The notes under the pieces: model-generated | Databases searched by the model: none | Told to the model about the DNA's origin: nothing | The model's input: only the letters and a program-made list of their open reading frames with translations | Made by a program: the position numbers and the translations under genes | Assembly (NCBI RefSeq): GCF_009914755.1 | Contig: NC_060936.1 | DNA: 64,000 nucleotides | Strand: one strand, 5' to 3' | From: the human T2T-CHM13v2.0 reference genome, Homo sapiens | In this document: one piece after another, positions 61,035 through 64,000 of the stretch | Position numbering within the stretch: the first letter of the stretch is position 1 | Layout of the letters: each line of letters starts with the position of its first letter

Positions 61035-61150
61035 GTATTAAAGTTAAGGCAGAAAAATTATTGGAAGAACTTGATAATGGAGTACTATTATGTCAACTGA
61101 TTGATGTTCTTCAAAACATGGTGAAAACATGCAACTCTGAAGAATCAGGG
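61035..61150 (+). CDS. GAS2L3: GAS2L3 coding exon (CH domain); gene continues beyond the window
   Basis: Acceptor tttttag|, donor GGG|gtaagt; 116 nt. Translates (G)IKVKAEKLLEELDNGVLLCQLIDVLQNMVKTCNSEESG; L.NGVLLC.L is a CH-domain motif. Confidence 0.95.
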
Positions 61151-61254
61151 GTAAGTAAATGTTCGACAGTATTGATTTTATGTCTTGGTACATATTAATT
61201 TATGTACACTTCTTATCTCTAGAAGGTTGTAAACTTCCATGCCAACTGGCTATG

Positions 61255-61390
61255 AGATGTTGAATAATTTACTTAACCCTTTTCAAGATCTGGAAAAATG
61301 TTCTCTTTCATAAAATGAGATTAGATGTTGAATAATTTACTTAACCCTTTTCAAGATCTGGAAAAATGTTCTCTTTCATAAAATGAGATT
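61255..61390. repeat. Perfect 68-bp tandem duplication
   Basis: agatgttgaataat...cataaaatgagatt at 61255-61322 and 61323-61390. Confidence 0.95.
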
Positions 61391-61899
61391 AACAGTTCCT
61401 TAGGATTTATTTGTGAGAGTTCAATCAAATTAAATGGGTGAATGTATAGATAGTGTCTAACATAGTGCTTGATGCATAGTAGATCCAGCTCTTCTTGAGA
61501 ACATTAACATAACTTCCTTGTAGAATTGTTGTGAGGGTTAAATGGGAAAAGAGCTTGTGATGGTTCCTGGCACACAAGTAGCAGCTGCTATTATTATTAT
61601 TTTCTTCTTTATATATTCTCCATATATTGCATTAGTGGTAAATTTTATAAATATTGATTGGATAAATAATACATTTTTTAGACAGTTTTCATTCATTAAC
61701 CCTGAAGTCATGATTTGAAGTAGATAAGGTTTCCTGTCTTTTCATCAAATGTAGGTATTCTCAAGAGTTTGGAGTCTGGAAATTTACACACAGTTGGTGG
61801 AAATATAAAGGAGTATCATCATTCTGGGGGATAGTGGATGATATGTGTGTATATATATATAATATATATATCACTGAAAATAAAGTATATCTTGTAAAA

Positions 61900-64000
61900 A
61901 ATATTTTGTGGGTACATACTAGGTATATATATTTATGGGGTACATGAGATACTTTGATACAGGCATGCAATAAGTAATAATCACATCATGGAAAATAGGA
62001 TATCCATTCCCTCAAGCATTTATTCTTTGTGTTACAAGCCATCCAATTGTACTCTTTTAGTTATTTTTAAATGTACAATTAAATTATTATTGACTGTAGT
62101 CACCCTGTTGTGCTATCAAATACTAGGTCTTATTAATTCTTTCTAACTATATATTTTTTGCACCCTTAACCATCTCCACTTCCCCCCACCTGCCACAACC
62201 CTTCCCAGCCTCTGCTAACCGTCCTTCTACTATCTCCGTGAGTTCAATTGTTTTGATTTTTAGCACCCACAAATAATTGAGAACATGTGGTGATTGTCTT
62301 TCTGTGCCTGATGTATTTCACTTAACATAATGACCTCCAGTTCCATCCATGTTGTTGCAAATGACAGGATCTCAGTCTTTTTAGTAGCTCAGTGGTACTC
62401 CATTGTATATGTGTGTCACATTTTCTTTACCTAGTCATCTACTGATGGACTTTTAGGTTGATTCCAAATCTTGGTTATTGAGAACAGTGCTTCAGGAAAC
62501 ATGGGAGTGCAGATAGTCTCTTTAATATACTGATTTCCTTTCTGTTGGGTATATACCCAGTGGGTTGTTGGGTCATACGGTAGCTCTATTTTTAGTTTTT
62601 TGAGGAACCTCCAAACTGTTCTCCACAGTGGCTGTAATAATTTATATTACCACCAGCAGTGTATGAGGGTTCCCTTTTCTCCACATCTTTGCCAGCATTT
62701 GTTATTGCTTGTCTTTTGGATAAAAGCCATTTTAATTGGGATGAGATATCTCATTGTAGTTTTGATTTGCATTTCTCTGATGATCAGTGATGTTGAGCAC
62801 CTTTTCATATACCTGTTTGCCATTTGTGTGTCTTTTTGAGAAATGTCTATTCAAATCTTTTGCCCATTTTTAAATTGGATTATTAGATTTTATCCTACAG
62901 AGTTGTTTGAGCTCCTTATATATTCTACTTATTAATCCTTTGTCAGATGGATTGTTTGCAAATATTTTCTCCCATTCTTTGGGTTGCTCTTCAAGGTGTT
63001 GTTTCCTTTACTGTGCAGAAGCTTTTTAACTTGATATGATCCTATTTATTTTTGATTTGGTTGCTTCTGCTTATGGGGTATTACTCACGAAGCTTTTGCC
63101 CAGACCAATATCCTGGAGAGTTTTCCCAATGTTTTCTTGTAGCAGTTGCATAGTATGAGGTCTTAGATTTAAGTCTTTAATCCATTTTTATTTCATTTTT
63201 ATATATGGTGAGAGATAGGGGTCAAGTTTCATTCTTCTGCATGTGAATACCCAGTTTTCCCAGCAGATTTTATTGAAGAGCCTGTCCTTTCTTCAATCTA
63301 TGTTCTTAGCATGTTTGTTATAAGTGAGTTCACTGTAGTTATCTGGATTTATTTCTGGGTTTTCTTTTCTGTTCCATTGGTCTGTGTCTCTTTTTATGCC
63401 AGTACCATACTGTTTTGGTTGAAGTCAGGTAATTCCTCCAATTTTGTTCTTTTTGCTCAGGATAGCTTTTGACTATTCTCGGTCTTTTGTGATTCTGTAT
63501 AAATTTTAGGATCTTTTTTCCATTTCTATGAAAAACATCATTGGTATTTTGATAAGTATTGCATTGAATCTGTAGATTGCTTTGAGTAGTATGGCCGTTT
63601 TAACAATATTGATTCTTCCAATCCATGCACATGGAATATTTTTCCATTTTTTGGTGTCCTCTTCAATTTTTCATTAGTGTTTTGTTTATTGTAGAGATAT
63701 TTCACTTCTTAGCTTAAGTTAATTCCTAGGTATTTAATTTTATTTGTGACTGCTGTAAATGGGATTACTTTTTATTTCCTTCTCAGATTGTTGGCACAAA
63801 AATGCTACAGATTTTTGTATGTTGATTTTGTGTCCTGAAACTTTACTGAATTTGTTTATCAGCTGTAGTTGTTTTTTTTTTTTTTTTTTTGAGTGTGGGG
63901 TCTTTAGGTTTTTCTAACTATAAGATCGTATCATCTGCAAACAAGAATATTTAACATCCTCCTTTCCAGTTTGGATGCCAAATCTTTCTTTCTCTTGTCT
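61900..64000 (-). mobile_element. L1 (L1MA-like) 3' end, antisense, running off the window
   Basis: T-rich antisense L1 3' UTR/ORF2 sequence, e.g. gaggaacctccaaactgttctccacagtggctgta and tgatgttgagcaccttttcatatacctgtttgccatttgt. Confidence 0.85.

Overview
Primate, almost certainly human, genomic DNA rich in Alu, L1 and LTR repeats. I recognise it as the NR1H4-GAS2L3 locus (human 12q23). The + strand carries the last three coding exons and 3' UTR of NR1H4 (FXR ligand-binding domain; exons 101-247, 21306-21419, 22672-22910). Then come the CpG-island promoter, 5' UTR exons and first three coding exons of GAS2L3 (ATG at 54302). GAS2L3 intron 1 holds a full-length, sense-oriented processed PIGA pseudogene (PIGAP1) with an antisense HERV-H LTR7 solo LTR in its 3' UTR, a truncated L1PB carrying a nested Alu and MER11 LTR, and a MIR-derived exon. 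The long NR1H4 intron holds a sense LTR12C solo LTR 1.2 kb upstream of the penultimate exon. Nearly all supplied ORFs are repeat-derived noise, and the track misses the true short exons. I see no demonstrably new gene system. The best leads are transposon-built regulatory arrangements: (1) an LTR7 placed to make antisense-PIGA RNA; (2) an LTR12C placed to make a truncated FXR-LBD isoform; (3) a MIR exon creating junction-spanning uORFs before the GAS2L3 start; (4) a possible GAS2L3-PIGAP1 chimeric transcript. Several unusual small insertions are also present. Repeat subfamily calls and consensus comparisons are from memory and need Dfam/RepeatMasker confirmation.
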